Positions 37,472 through 48,541 of a stretch of DNA of 62,273 nt are shown here, in pieces. The notes beneath the pieces are model-generated. The model did not search any database. It was not told the DNA's origin and saw nothing but the letters and a program-made list of their open reading frames with translations. The stretch is from assembly GCA_032718475.1 (NCBI GenBank), contig JAUCBJ010002872.1, positions 1-62,273 on the forward strand, read 5' to 3'. The stretch is from Nemertoderma westbladi. Its lineage: Eukaryota > Animalia > Xenacoelomorpha. The translations under genes and the position numbers were made by a program. The stretch's first letter is position 1; each line of letters starts with the position of its first letter.

Positions 37472-38889
37472 GTTTGTAATATTGATAATTTATTTAACCT
37501 AAATGCTAAATGTGTTTCGTCTGTGTTGGTATATTCTAGAACTTCTAGTGATAACTTGTGGCGAATTGGTGTATGTAAGGATCTATGTAATGTACTCGCC
37601 GGAGATAATATGTATGTTGAAGGCTTCTCCAGAGTAGAGTTACTTGATATAGTGAATTACGTCTCATCTTATTAAGCGTTAATCATTCCTCTTATTAATT
37701 TTAGTGGTATTATATTACTTACCTAATATAGACTTTTGTGCTAGGTTATATAACCATTACTTTCATTATTGGTGTACTGTGCATTATTCATATATATATA
37801 TTTGATTTGCCATGTACGAATATAAATAAATAAATAAATTGGCCCTAGAATGGTCCTCTGTCTGTTGCTCCTTGGTGCCTTATACAGTAGTACAAGTACA
37901 AGTGTACAGTACTGCAGTAGTGCAGTGCAGTACTCCCGGCTGACCGGTACCGGCTGACGCTGACCTGTCTGCCAGTTCACAGTCGAACAGTTGCCAGTAT
38001 TTATTTATTTATATTCAGCAGTTACAGCAGTAAGGTCAGCAGAAGGCAGGTACAGTCAGCCAGTTGATATCTTTTTGTACAGCCAGATTCTGGCTGGATT
38101 CTGTCGTCTTTAAGCTGTTAAGTCAGTAAGTGGAAATCCAGCTGTCACCCTCACCCATAGCTTATCATTCTGTCATTAGAATACCAGAATATTGAAATTT
38201 AAACGGGCACTGTCAATAACATTTGGGCACGGAAATATTAGTATCATTCTGTCATTCAGTCATTGCACATTACAGCATTAGCTGATTCAGTGATTAGACA
38301 GTTAGAACCGGCTTCAAATTCTACATCATGCACAGTCAGGGAGAAGTTCTATTTTCAACTGAATTGAAATTTCAACTTTATTTTTTAAAATTCAACTTTT
38401 GGAGTAGAGTTTCAAATTCAACGTTTTTTTGAAAATTCAACTTTTGGAGTAGCGGTTTGGAAATACTGAAATATGGAATTGGAATCCATTACCGGTATAT
38501 AAAATCGAAACCGCTCTGGAATACAAAGGTTATATTGATTTTATTCCGGTTTAAAGTTGGCGTAACGGTCGTGCCTGAAATGGACAAGCTTTTTAGAGAT
38601 TCTCCTACACATTAGGCCTATAAATTTCTTTCGAATTTAATGTACTTATTTGCCGTTACTTACTGACTTATGTCAGACTAATAACATGTTAATAGATAGA
38701 GTTTCAAATAAAATTAACAGTATGGCAATATAATATCATTAGAGAATGTGGCAATCAATTAACCAGCGTAACGGTCGTGACATAGTTTCGTAACGGTCTG
38801 ACGGTTGTGACATTATCGATTTTCACGTAAATCTGAATTTCAAAAAATGGTAAGGTATTAGGGTTAGGTATTGATATCGACTTCAGGCA

Positions 38890-39385
38890 GGTTTTCTTGT
38901 ACGCTGATTTTAATGGAAGGCTTTTTACATTCCGCAATTGAACCCATCTACCATTTTTAGTGCTAAAATGAAAAGTGCAAGTAACCAGCATTTTTCAAAG
39001 TTGTGTAAACAACTAGAATTGTAGGAATGGTGTTTAGGCCTATTTCAATTACATACAGGTTTTTTGGTACGCCGATTTCAATCTGTCAATGGAAGGCTTT
39101 TTAAATTCCGCAGTTGAACACAGAACACACATACAGACATACCATTTTTGGTGCTAAAATGAAAAGCTGAAAAGTGCAAGTAACCAGCATTTTTCAAATT
39201 AGTGAAAACAACTACTAGACTTGTATTGTAGGAATGGTCAGATGGTGTTTATTTCAATTACATACAGGTTTTCTGGTACGCCGATTTCAATGGAAGGCTT
39301 TTTAAATTCCGCAGTTGAACACACCTACCATTTTTGGTGCTAAAATGAGAAATGCAAGAGTAAATAAACATAATTTTCAAATTTT
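38890..39385. repeat. ~165-bp diverged tandem repeat (about 3 units here; more in 51590-56060, where it hosts two insertions)
   Basis: Recurring TACGCCGATTTCAATGGAAGGCTTTTTAAATTCCGCAGTTGAACAC..AAAATGAAAAGTGCAAGTAACCAGC. Confidence 0.85.
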
Positions 39386-40214
39386 GTAGATTATATGTAA
39401 GCAGCCATACGTTCTACTGTTCTATGTACTGATGTAGTACTGTAAGCTGATATTTTGGTTATTGTTATTATGTGTACATTACCTGATTACAGTATAATTA
39501 TAATTACATCCTACCGGTGTCATAAATGATACAAATTAATTTATACTGTATAATACAGTATTAACGATTCCTAAGGTTTGTGTCACAATCGTTACGGCCA
39601 CAAGTGCTCTTATGGCACTTTATACAGTTATAGCGCGTACCGGTATTGACAATAATTTTTGTTTGAAGTACTTAAACTACACCTACATAGGCCCTACAGA
39701 CATACAGGCTTGTGGCCGACATCACTACACCATACTGCCATATGTTAATTAGTCGTCTTCAAGCAGTCAGGTTAGGACTTAGGAGTGGAACTTCTGCTGG
39801 TTGATATTGAGATTATTTATTGAGGACTAATATAGTATAGGAACGAAACAACAGCTGGTTAAGATATGCATGACAAACTGAAAGTATTTAACACGGATTT
39901 AACACAAGGCTGCAAGGCACAAAATCTAATTAGTTAAAATCACAAATTAAATTTTAAAAAGTATAAAGTGTAAGTAGGGCCTACTGTACGTAAGTTAAAG
40001 GCTCTGTATCACAAATTAATTATAATCACGAATTTAATTTATGAATGTATGCAGGCGAAGTTAAAAGGTAAAATCACGCTTAAAATCACATTAAAATCTC
40101 TGAAAATATTTAATTTATAGCACCAATTAATTAAAATCACAAATTGAATTTAATAATTGTATGTAGATTAAAATGTACCGGTGTGTCTCTCGTACCTTGA
40201 TTATTTAAAATTTA

Positions 40215-40642
40215 TCCGATTATTTAGAGCAGCAGTAGTTCCAGTACTCCTCTATGGGCTGGGCTCTAACTGCTGAGGACATCAAATATATGGATGGCAC
40301 ATTCACAAGAATTCTACGCCGGGTTCATTGTGTCAAGTACAATGCACACATCTCCAACCAGACACTATATAACACTGGAGGTGTCTCATTGGTTCCCCCA
40401 AGCTTGACACTAGAACTTTGCAGGGCATTGCTTCCGCAATGAGGACAAGCCAGTGCATAATCTCGTGCTTTGTCAGCCTCATGGAGTGAATAAGCATGGT
40501 GGACACTCTGGACAGCCCATGACTTTCTTGATAGGCATCTTAAAGGACACTGGCCTTGAAGATGCGGATGATCTAACAAATGTCATGGGTGATAGGGAGT
40601 TGTGGTGGCGCAATTTTGTCGACAAGCCGGCACAGCATTCTT
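40215..40642 (+). mobile_element. RTE LINE 3' fragment (predates the duplication; paralogue at 56827-57229)
   Basis: Homologous to ~11776-12216 with small indels. Tail lost. Confidence 0.9.
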
Positions 40643-40861
40643 GTAATTTAAAAGCATGCCAATTGTCAATTATCTTATCCGTATGTGCCTTGTTCTTTTG
40701 TTACTGTGACTATAATCTGCTCCTCTCCTTTCTGTTACAGCGACCTCATCATTTATTATAATTGAGTCGCTTGAAATGTATAATAGAGAAGAGCGTGATA
40801 TACATTAAACTACTGCCACCTGTATTTAATTTATCGATTAATACTTAATTAAGATTTCATA

Positions 40862-42175
40862 ATGGATCAACATACTAATTTATTGAAAGATAAATCTTCT
40901 GGGGCCGGTATAATTATAAAGAGCGAACCAACCGACTTTATAATCCTAAACAAAGAACCAACAGACTTTATAATTATAAAGAAAGAACCAACAGACTTTA
41001 TAATTATAAAGAAAGAACCAACAAACTTTATAATTATAAAGAGAGAACCAACAGACTGTATGATTATAAAAAGAGAACCAGCAGACTCTACCCCCTATTA
41101 TCTTGATGTTAAACAAGAGAACTGCGTTCACGGATCATCTCCCATCGAAGAGCACAACAATTTGTTCGGTAGAGTAGATGTTGTCCCTTTACTAGATGAC
41201 GAAGATATTTCTTATGAACCATCTGGAGATTCTTTTATTGTTGAAAAACGGGAAAACGACAGCCCAGAGTGTTCTTATGGTAGGCCTATTGAAACTGAAG
41301 GTACAGAAGCGACAATCAGTTGTGCAGCAACAGAGTCAGGTAGTTCTAATGAAACTGTTGGGGAGTTGGTATCTTCTTCAGATACCAGTTCCTGTTTGCA
41401 TTGTAATGAATTATTTAATAACAAAGGAAATTTAGAGAGACATATAGAATCCGTTCATAAAGACGTAAAGAATAAGTATAAATGCGATTATTGTGAGAAA
41501 CAGTTTAAATATAAGCTTGGTGTAAAGAAGCATGTTAACTCTATCCATAAAGGTATAAAATATAATTGCAGTTATTGTAATAAAGAATTCTGCGTGCAAA
41601 TTAATCTGAACACCCATGTGAACTACTTTCATAAAGATATCAAGTACAACTGTCTCGATTGTGGAAAATCATTTGCTACAAAAGCCAAACTAAAACGACA
41701 TGTCGACTCAATGCATAAAGATATCAAACATAAGTGCGTTTATTGTAATAAAGAATTCAGCCAGCAAAGGAGTCTAAACACCCATGTGAACTACTTTCAT
41801 AAAGATATCAAGTACAACTGTTTCGGTTGTGGAAAATCATATGCTACAAAAGTCAAACTAAAACGACATGTCGACTCTATACATAAAGATATCAATCATA
41901 AGTGCGGTTATTGTAATAAAGAATTCAGCCAGCAAATAAGTCTAAACACCCATGTGAACTACTTTCATAAAGATATCAAGTACAACTGTTCTGATTGTGG
42001 AAAATCATTTGCTACTAAAGCCAAACTAAAACGACATGTCGACTCTATACATAAAGATATCAAACATAAGTGCGGTTATTGTAATAAAGAATTCTGTCAA
42101 CAAAGGAGTCTAAACACCCATGTGAACTACTTTCATAAAGATATCAAGTACAACTGTTCTGATTGTGGAAAATAA
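40862..42175 (+). CDS. C2H2 zinc-finger protein, paralogue 1 (437 aa; 6 N-terminal IIIKxEPTDF-type repeats and 9 complete fingers)
   Basis: CX2CX12HX4H fingers with KDIKY/KDIKH linkers. Single coding exon. Candidate acceptor CTCCTTTCTGTTACAG ends at 40740. The array continues in frame beyond TAA 42173. Confidence 0.88.
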   Translation: MDQHTNLLKDKSSGAGIIIKSEPTDFIILNKEPTDFIIIKKEPTDFIIIKKEPTNFIIIKREPTDCMIIKREPADSTPYYLDVKQENCVHGSSPIEEHNNLFGRVDVVPLLDDEDISYEPSGDSFIVEKRENDSPECSYGRPIETEGTEATISCAATESGSSNETVGELVSSSDTSSCLHCNELFNNKGNLERHIESVHKDVKNKYKCDYCEKQFKYKLGVKKHVNSIHKGIKYNCSYCNKEFCVQINLNTHVNYFHKDIKYNCLDCGKSFATKAKLKRHVDSMHKDIKHKCVYCNKEFSQQRSLNTHVNYFHKDIKYNCFGCGKSYATKVKLKRHVDSIHKDINHKCGYCNKEFSQQISLNTHVNYFHKDIKYNCSDCGKSFATKAKLKRHVDSIHKDIKHKCGYCNKEFCQQRSLNTHVNYFHKDIKYNCSDCGK

Positions 42176-43135
42176 TTTGCTACAAAAGCCAAACTAAAAC
42201 GACATGTCGACTCTATACATAAAGATATCAAACATAAGTGCGGTTATTGTAATAAAGAATTCTGTCACCAAAGGAGTCTAAACACCCATGTGAACTTCTT
42301 TCATAAAGATATCAAGTACAACTGTTTCGATTGTGGAAAATCATTTGCTACAAAATTTGATCTAAAACGACATGTCGACTCTGTACATAAAGATATCAAA
42401 TATAAGTGCGGTTATTGTAATAAAGAATTCTGTCAACAAAGGAGTCTAAACACCCATGTGAACTACTTTCATAAAGTTATTAAGTACAACTGTTTTGATT
42501 GTGGAAAATCATTTGCTAGAAAAGACGTACTAAAACTACATGTCGACTCTATACATAAAGATATCCAACATAAGTGCGTTTATTGTAATAAAGAATTCAG
42601 CCAGCAAAGGAGTCTAAACACCCATGTTAACTACTTTCATAAAGATATCAAGTACAACTGTTCTGATTGTGGAAAATCATTTGCTACAAAAGCCAAACTA
42701 AAACGACATATCGACTCAATACATAAAGATATCAAACATAAGTGTGTTTATTGTAATAAAGAATTCAGCCAGCAAAGGAGTCTAAACACCCATGTTAACT
42801 ACTTTCATAAAGATATCAAGTACAACTGTTCTGATTGTGGAAAATCATTTGCTACAAAAGCCAAACTAAAACGACATATCGACTCAATACATAAAGATAT
42901 CAAACATAAGTGCGATTATTGTAATAAAGAATTCAGCCATCAAAGGAGTCTAAACACCCATGTGAACTACTTTCATAAAGATATTAAGTACAACTGCTTC
43001 AATTGAGAAAATCATTTGTTGCCAAAATCGAACTAAAACAACATGTCGACTCTATACATAAAGATATCAAACTTAAGTGCGGTTATTGTCAAAGAATTCC
43101 GTCACCAAGGCTACCTAAACACCCATGTTAATTCT
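42176..43135 (+). pseudogene. Continuation of the ZF array after the premature stop (about 10 more fingers to TGA 43004-43006, then 2 degenerate fingers)
   Basis: Same frame as 40862. TAA replaces the TCA (Ser) found in sister fingers. Confidence 0.85.
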
Positions 43136-43557
43136 CAGTTACCGGTAACAAAATACAATTGTTGTATTTGTACTGAACTATATTTGTTTCGGATCATTAT
43201 TGGAAAGATGTTTCTTTTAGAGTGAAAAAAAATATAAAATATAACAAATGGAAAGTGGTTCAAATACATTGATTTTCAGGTTATTATGCGTTCAGGGATG
43301 CTGATTGAAATGCAACATAAACCAAATCAATTAATGAACCAAAGTGAAAGTTATAAATTAGTAGGATTGTCGAGTCAGATACCCCCTCACCCCTTTCAAA
43401 CGATTCCCACTTATTCCCACGCTAAATTTTTCATCGTTTAATTGTTTTTCTCAATTTTTTGTCTATAAATTGTCTCGCAATTAAAGTCTCGTCTAAATGG
43501 TCTCGTCTAATTAAGGTAATGACGGATTCCTATGAAATAGTTTTTTTAAATTATGAT

Positions 43558-45579
43558 TGTTTTGATTATTGAGAGGCAGCAAATTTAACTGTTGCCAGGG
43601 TATCAGAAATTTATTTTGCGATAATAATATTTGGCGAATTTTATTTAATATTTACTGCATCCAAACATATCAATTTGTAGAACGGCTGCTTATTGCATCA
43701 GCCGGAATAATATTCGTTTCCTAATATTTTGTAATATGGTTATACTGAGTTAGCCACATACTCAGCATTCCTAAATGTCTGAGTATTAGGATTTATACCA
43801 AATAACTTCGATTTGCGATTTTCAAGACTTTTGCGGATAAAATTAATAATGTATTTTAATGGGGCTGTTATGTTATTTATTGCTAATTATTAAATTTTAA
43901 TTATATAATCTCTCTTTATGTGATAAGTTAGAATTATGTGTTAGGACCATATTGTCAAAATTATATTGGTGAATAATTTAAATTAACTAACTATTTATGA
44001 TGTACTACACTAAAATATTCATACGCGGTAATCTCATTGACCAATGGCTCATCGCCTGTTAACTATTTGTATTAATTGCTCCATAATTATTTTGCCTTCC
44101 TTCAAGTTCACAATTTGCAAACGGATGAGCCATACATTTAAAACTAAATTATTATAAATTTATCATAATGTAAATATAATACATTGGCGTCCTTTGATGG
44201 GTCGCAATTATTAGTATATTTAATTTTATCTTTCAACACCATAATATATCTTCCTCGATGTGCTTTTAATTCAACGGGCGGGCTCTCAACCGATCATCCA
44301 TGACGTAGTTAGGAAAGTCTTCTCCTCTCGATGAAGGGCGCCAAGCCACGGTGACAGGTATGCGGGGAAGCAGTGTGTGACGTCAAACCGTTACTTGAGC
44401 ACAGTGCGGCACGTAGCGTTACATTACTGGGGTTATTATATAGCAGGGCGTATGGGTGTCATATGTATGTATGGGGTTGTTTAAGGTAAATTAGTCAGTG
44501 ACTGTGTTGTATATATATCGGTACGTGTTGGTTAATCCGTCTGTTTAGTTAAGTAAATTTTATTTAATCTTTATAAATCTAAGTCTGCCTTTGTTGTATC
44601 AACATATCCCAGATTCCACATCACTTTCTTTCCTCTCATATTTTATATCCCAGATTCTACATCCCCCTTTTTCTTCTCACATCCCTTTCTTTCCTCTCAT
44701 ATTTCATATCCCAGATTCCACATCACTTTCTTTCCTCTCATATTTTATATCCCGGATTCTACTTCCCCCTTTTTCTTCTCACATCCCACATCCTATCTTC
44801 TTATCTTATTCTACTGTCGGGTTGTGACATGGTTTCTATGTGTCTGTTGTGCAAGTGTAAAAATTAGATGGACACCTAAGTGTGTTCTTACACTAAGTTC
44901 ACGGCACCTAGTTAGGACCATTAGTTTCACAACTTCAGAATAATTTGTGTTATTTAGTTTGCAGTTTTATTAGGGGATTTAGACGGGAAGGATTCTATTT
45001 GACGCTAAGGGCCGGGAACTCGGTAAGTGCTTGAACCTTTCTACCTGTTGACTGCTTTCATATGACCACTTGACCTCGACTTATCACTTGTCTCTCCTGT
45101 ATGCGTCTGACTTGAGTTACATTTTAACAGTTTATAACTGCACTATGACATCGGCTCAGATTTATATTTAAGGGCTTTTACTTTTACTTGGACAACAGAT
45201 CGGGTTTTCTTGCGTGTGTGTGTCCGTAGTCCGTGAATTCTTCCTGCTATAATAGCGGTACTATTCAGCCATTATTTGTCACCACTCTCTCTCTTTTGGC
45301 TAAATTATTAAGTTGCGTAATTTTCGCTTGTCAGAATTATTATTGTAAATGCACATTGCGTCCGCGCGACTGGCAAACGCGCCTTTCGTCCTATTGGTTT
45401 ATTAGGGAGCTATTTGATCGCATTAGTTTGTCGTTTATACATATGTGCCCTTCGGGGGGTTTATTGCAAATTGTTAGGCAAGAACCCTGATTGCAAAATC
45501 GGCACATGTTTGGATGTATTACAAAACAACATCGATCGATGATGTATTACACATTGATACAGCATTGATACATTTCACA
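43558..45579. mobile_element. Probable solo LTR (~2.0 kb), present only in duplication unit 1
   Basis: TGT...ACA ends. 5-bp TSD ATGAT (43553-43557, 45580-45584). Empty site TTATGATCAATTC at ~61405-61417. No convincing ORF. Confidence 0.65.
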
Positions 45580-45651
45580 ATGATCAATTCTAAAGTTTAG
45601 CGAATTGTACGCAGGTACGTGAGTTGATGCTTATGATAAAGATGATTTATT

Positions 45652-46561
45652 AGGGAGGGGGGGGGGGGGGGGGGGGGGTAGGTAGGTAGCACCCCCCTAT
45701 TTTTGAAATTGACAAAGAAAGTGTTTTTATTCTATCATGTTCCGAATTTAATGGAGATTTCAAATCTGCAAGCAGTTTTCTCATATCTTTTCTCAAACTC
45801 AAGTTATTACCCAAAACGTAAGAGCTAGTCTAATTTTTGAAAAGCCTTCGAGCAGCACTATATTTTACAATTGTACGGGGCCCTTTTCATAAAAATGGCT
45901 CTCACGGTACAGATATGAACAAAATTGATAGAAAGTTGTTTTACTAGTTATATGTTTAGCAAGCATGAATAATTTCGTTGGATTTCATTCATTTTTGACA
46001 AAGTTATTGTTGAACATAGAAAAATGGTATTATATAAAATAGCGGGAAGGTTTGAATTGTTCCTTAAACTTTATACACCCATATCTCAGAATGACGTTTT
46101 TTCACGAAAGAGGCTATTTCTCCGCCAATTTTAACTGAAATAACTTGAAATTTGGTACACTTGTTAAAATTACCCTTCTCCTCCGAACAAATTTGGTTGA
46201 AAATGCCCTGGAGCCTTTTTATACCAAAAATGTCTTTTTTAGGGCCTTTTTGTTCTAAAAAGGCTCCTGAGCATTTGAGGCAAAATTTGTTCAGAAGAAT
46301 TGGAAGCAGGGTTCTTCTGACCCTATATTCAAAATTTCAACAAGTATTGGTGGAGAAATAGCCCTTGACGCAAAATGCACTTTGAATGGCACAAAAATAC
46401 ATTTTGGGGCCAGTTTTAAAAATTTTTGGTTTGGTTATTCACACACAGTCCAGACGATGTTTAGTAGCACAAACAATAAATTTCACCCAATTTTATGGTC
46501 TAGAGACACAAAAATGTGAGGTTCAATTTGGGGGTGCTACCCCCCCCCCCCCCCCCCCCCC
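45652..46561. mobile_element. Kolobok-like MITE with poly-G/poly-C ends (paralogue 61483-62273)
   Basis: G-run GTAGCACCCCC ... GGGGGTGCTAC C-run followed by TTAA. Superfamily is a guess from the TTAA flank. Confidence 0.5.
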
Positions 46562-47846
46562 TTAAGTTTAAATAAAAATTTAAATATCAGACAATTGCTA
46601 ATTTTGTACAGCATGGTTGTGTGGTAAAGTATGGGACATTGATAAAGTAAACTACGGGACCTGTAGAGTGAGTGAAGGAGACTTGATCCCCAAAAGTTAT
46701 AATCGCTCTAAAGAACAGATAAATAAATTTTTCAATGCCGTTTTAACTTTTTCACATTACATTTATGATTGCTACTGTATCATTATGCGAGAGTTTGAGA
46801 TTTTCAACTCTTAAACTTTTTTAATTAAACCAATTATTCGTATTTTCGAAACAGCGTCAAGGCTTGACACCTAGGGTGGTAGACTTGAACCCCACCTCGC
46901 ATACTGTAAATTCGTTCAAAAATGCAGAAGAAGTCTATTTTCTAGTAGAGCAAAAAAATTTCAAAAAATGCGATTGTTAAATTATTATCCAAAATTTTAT
47001 ACAAATTTAGGTGGTCGTTCACATGGTTCTCCCAACAAGAACTGAATAAATAATAGTTCATTAAAACCGCATTAAAATTTAACGTGGGAAGGTACTTTTT
47101 ATTAATGAATATCTTGTATAATTTTCAATCCAAGCACATATTAATTGTTTTCCTGTAATTCTATTGAAGTGTGCCGCTTTCTGACGAAGAGGCATCTTGT
47201 TTAAGCTGTCAATCACCCAGTTGGCGGGCTACTAACTACATTGCAAAGAGGGAAGGAAGGGTTGCTTGGCTTGGCTTGGCTTGGCTTGGCTTGGCTAGGA
47301 TTATCAAGGCCTCTCTCTCCCTCTCCCTAGCCACTCCATTGTATTCACATTCCATTGATGGCTTGGTCTGTGTAAGTGCCAATCAAGTAGTTGGAGTGCT
47401 CTGGTGTAATGGTTCTCTACGTGGGTGTATCTCTAGGTAGACGTCAGCATTGAAGGCTTCAAGTCTCCCTCACACTCGGGCGTCATGTCTCCCCACTTGG
47501 GCTTTTTTATATTAATTGATATAATTTCAAAACGGCTGAACCAAAACTGGAAAACAATATATGGCAGGATAGTGCAATAATTAGTCAACACATGTTGTGA
47601 ATTACAATTAACATACAGTATAATAAGGATGCGATTTTTCATTCGTTGTAAAGGGCAAAAATTTACTTTTGAACCCAGAAAACGTTTATTGACAATAAAA
47701 CAAAAAATAACCAAAAGGTAATAAAACATTGTTGCGCGGGTGTAGCCAACATGTATTTTACACATTTTTGTGTGGTATTGTTAAATAATTTACAATAGTT
47801 TTGAGTTATTAAAAAAATCAAGTCTCCCCTAAAGTCAAGTCTCCCT

Positions 47847-48541
47847 CTACTACTACTACTACTAGGATCGGCATGCTGCATTGCAGCTGCATTTTTAAGA
47901 ATGCTGTGCCGGCTTATCGACAAAATTGCACCGCCACAACTCCCTATCACCCATGACATTTGCTAAATCATCCGCATCTTCAAGGCCAGTGTCCTTTAAG
48001 ATGCGTCTCAAGAAAGTCATGGGCTGTCCACCATGCTTATTCACTCCATGAGGCTGCCAAAGTACAAGATTATGCACTGGCTGGTCCTCACGGCGAAAGC
48101 AATGTCCTGCAAAGCGGAGGCGATTTTGTTCTAGTGTCAAGCTTGGGGGAACCAATGAAACACCTCCAATGTTATATAGTGTCTGGTTGGAGATGTGTGC
48201 ATTGTACTTGACACAATGAACCCGGCGTAGCATTCTTGTGAATGTGCCATCCAGAGATTTGGACTCCCATAGAGGAGTACTGGAACTACTGCTGCTCTAA
48301 ATAATCGGACCTTAAGTTTCCGATTAATTCTCGGTGACTTCCAAATCCTGGAAAGCCTATTCAAGGCTGCCCATGCCTTTCCCTTACGTATTCGAAGGTC
48401 CTCACCTGACTTCCGGATCCATAATCCCAGGTAACAGAAGTCATCCACATGCTCAAGCATACCATGTTTTGAGCTTATGCTCATCCGATCAGAGACTTGC
48501 TGAGGACTTTCAAAGTTAACTGTCAAAATTTTGGTCTTTCT
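47847..48541 (-). mobile_element. RTE LINE 3' fragment at the junction of the duplication units
   Basis: Reverse complement of ~11537-12260 with a (CTA)n tail. No TSD found. Confidence 0.92.

Larger units (their letters stand above)
25307..37838 (+). mobile_element. RTE-X-like LINE (5'-truncated), split by BEL copy B into 25307-26692 and 37477-37838
   Basis: RT motifs NYRAIAISS, LLDLTKAFD, GVRQGSVISP, YADD, LPWV..HLG, YCMNFYGSPLW. Removing the LTR element restores the frame (..RRIANVCNIDNL..WRIG..VSSY*, stop 37673-37675). (TAAA)n tail. Clade assigned from motif recollection. Confidence 0.85.
24477..46561 (+). repeat. Segmental duplication unit 1 (LINE remnant - 165-bp repeats - RTE fragment - ZF gene - Kolobok-like MITE)
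   Basis: Collinear with 48541-62273 from TGCGTTCCAGATTTTTGTAG to GTGCT(A)CCCCC once copy-specific insertions are removed. Confidence 0.92.

Noticed and set aside
42173-42175. Programmed stop-codon readthrough in the ZF array
   Set aside because: TAA-T is a poor readthrough context, the stop is a single C>A change in one repeat unit, and it is absent from the paralogue.
40862-43006. PRDM9 or KRAB-ZNF orthologue
   Set aside because: No SET, KRAB or SSXRD domain is seen in or upstream of the ORF, and the fingers are HX4H with non-TGEKP linkers. Only the evolutionary pattern is similar.
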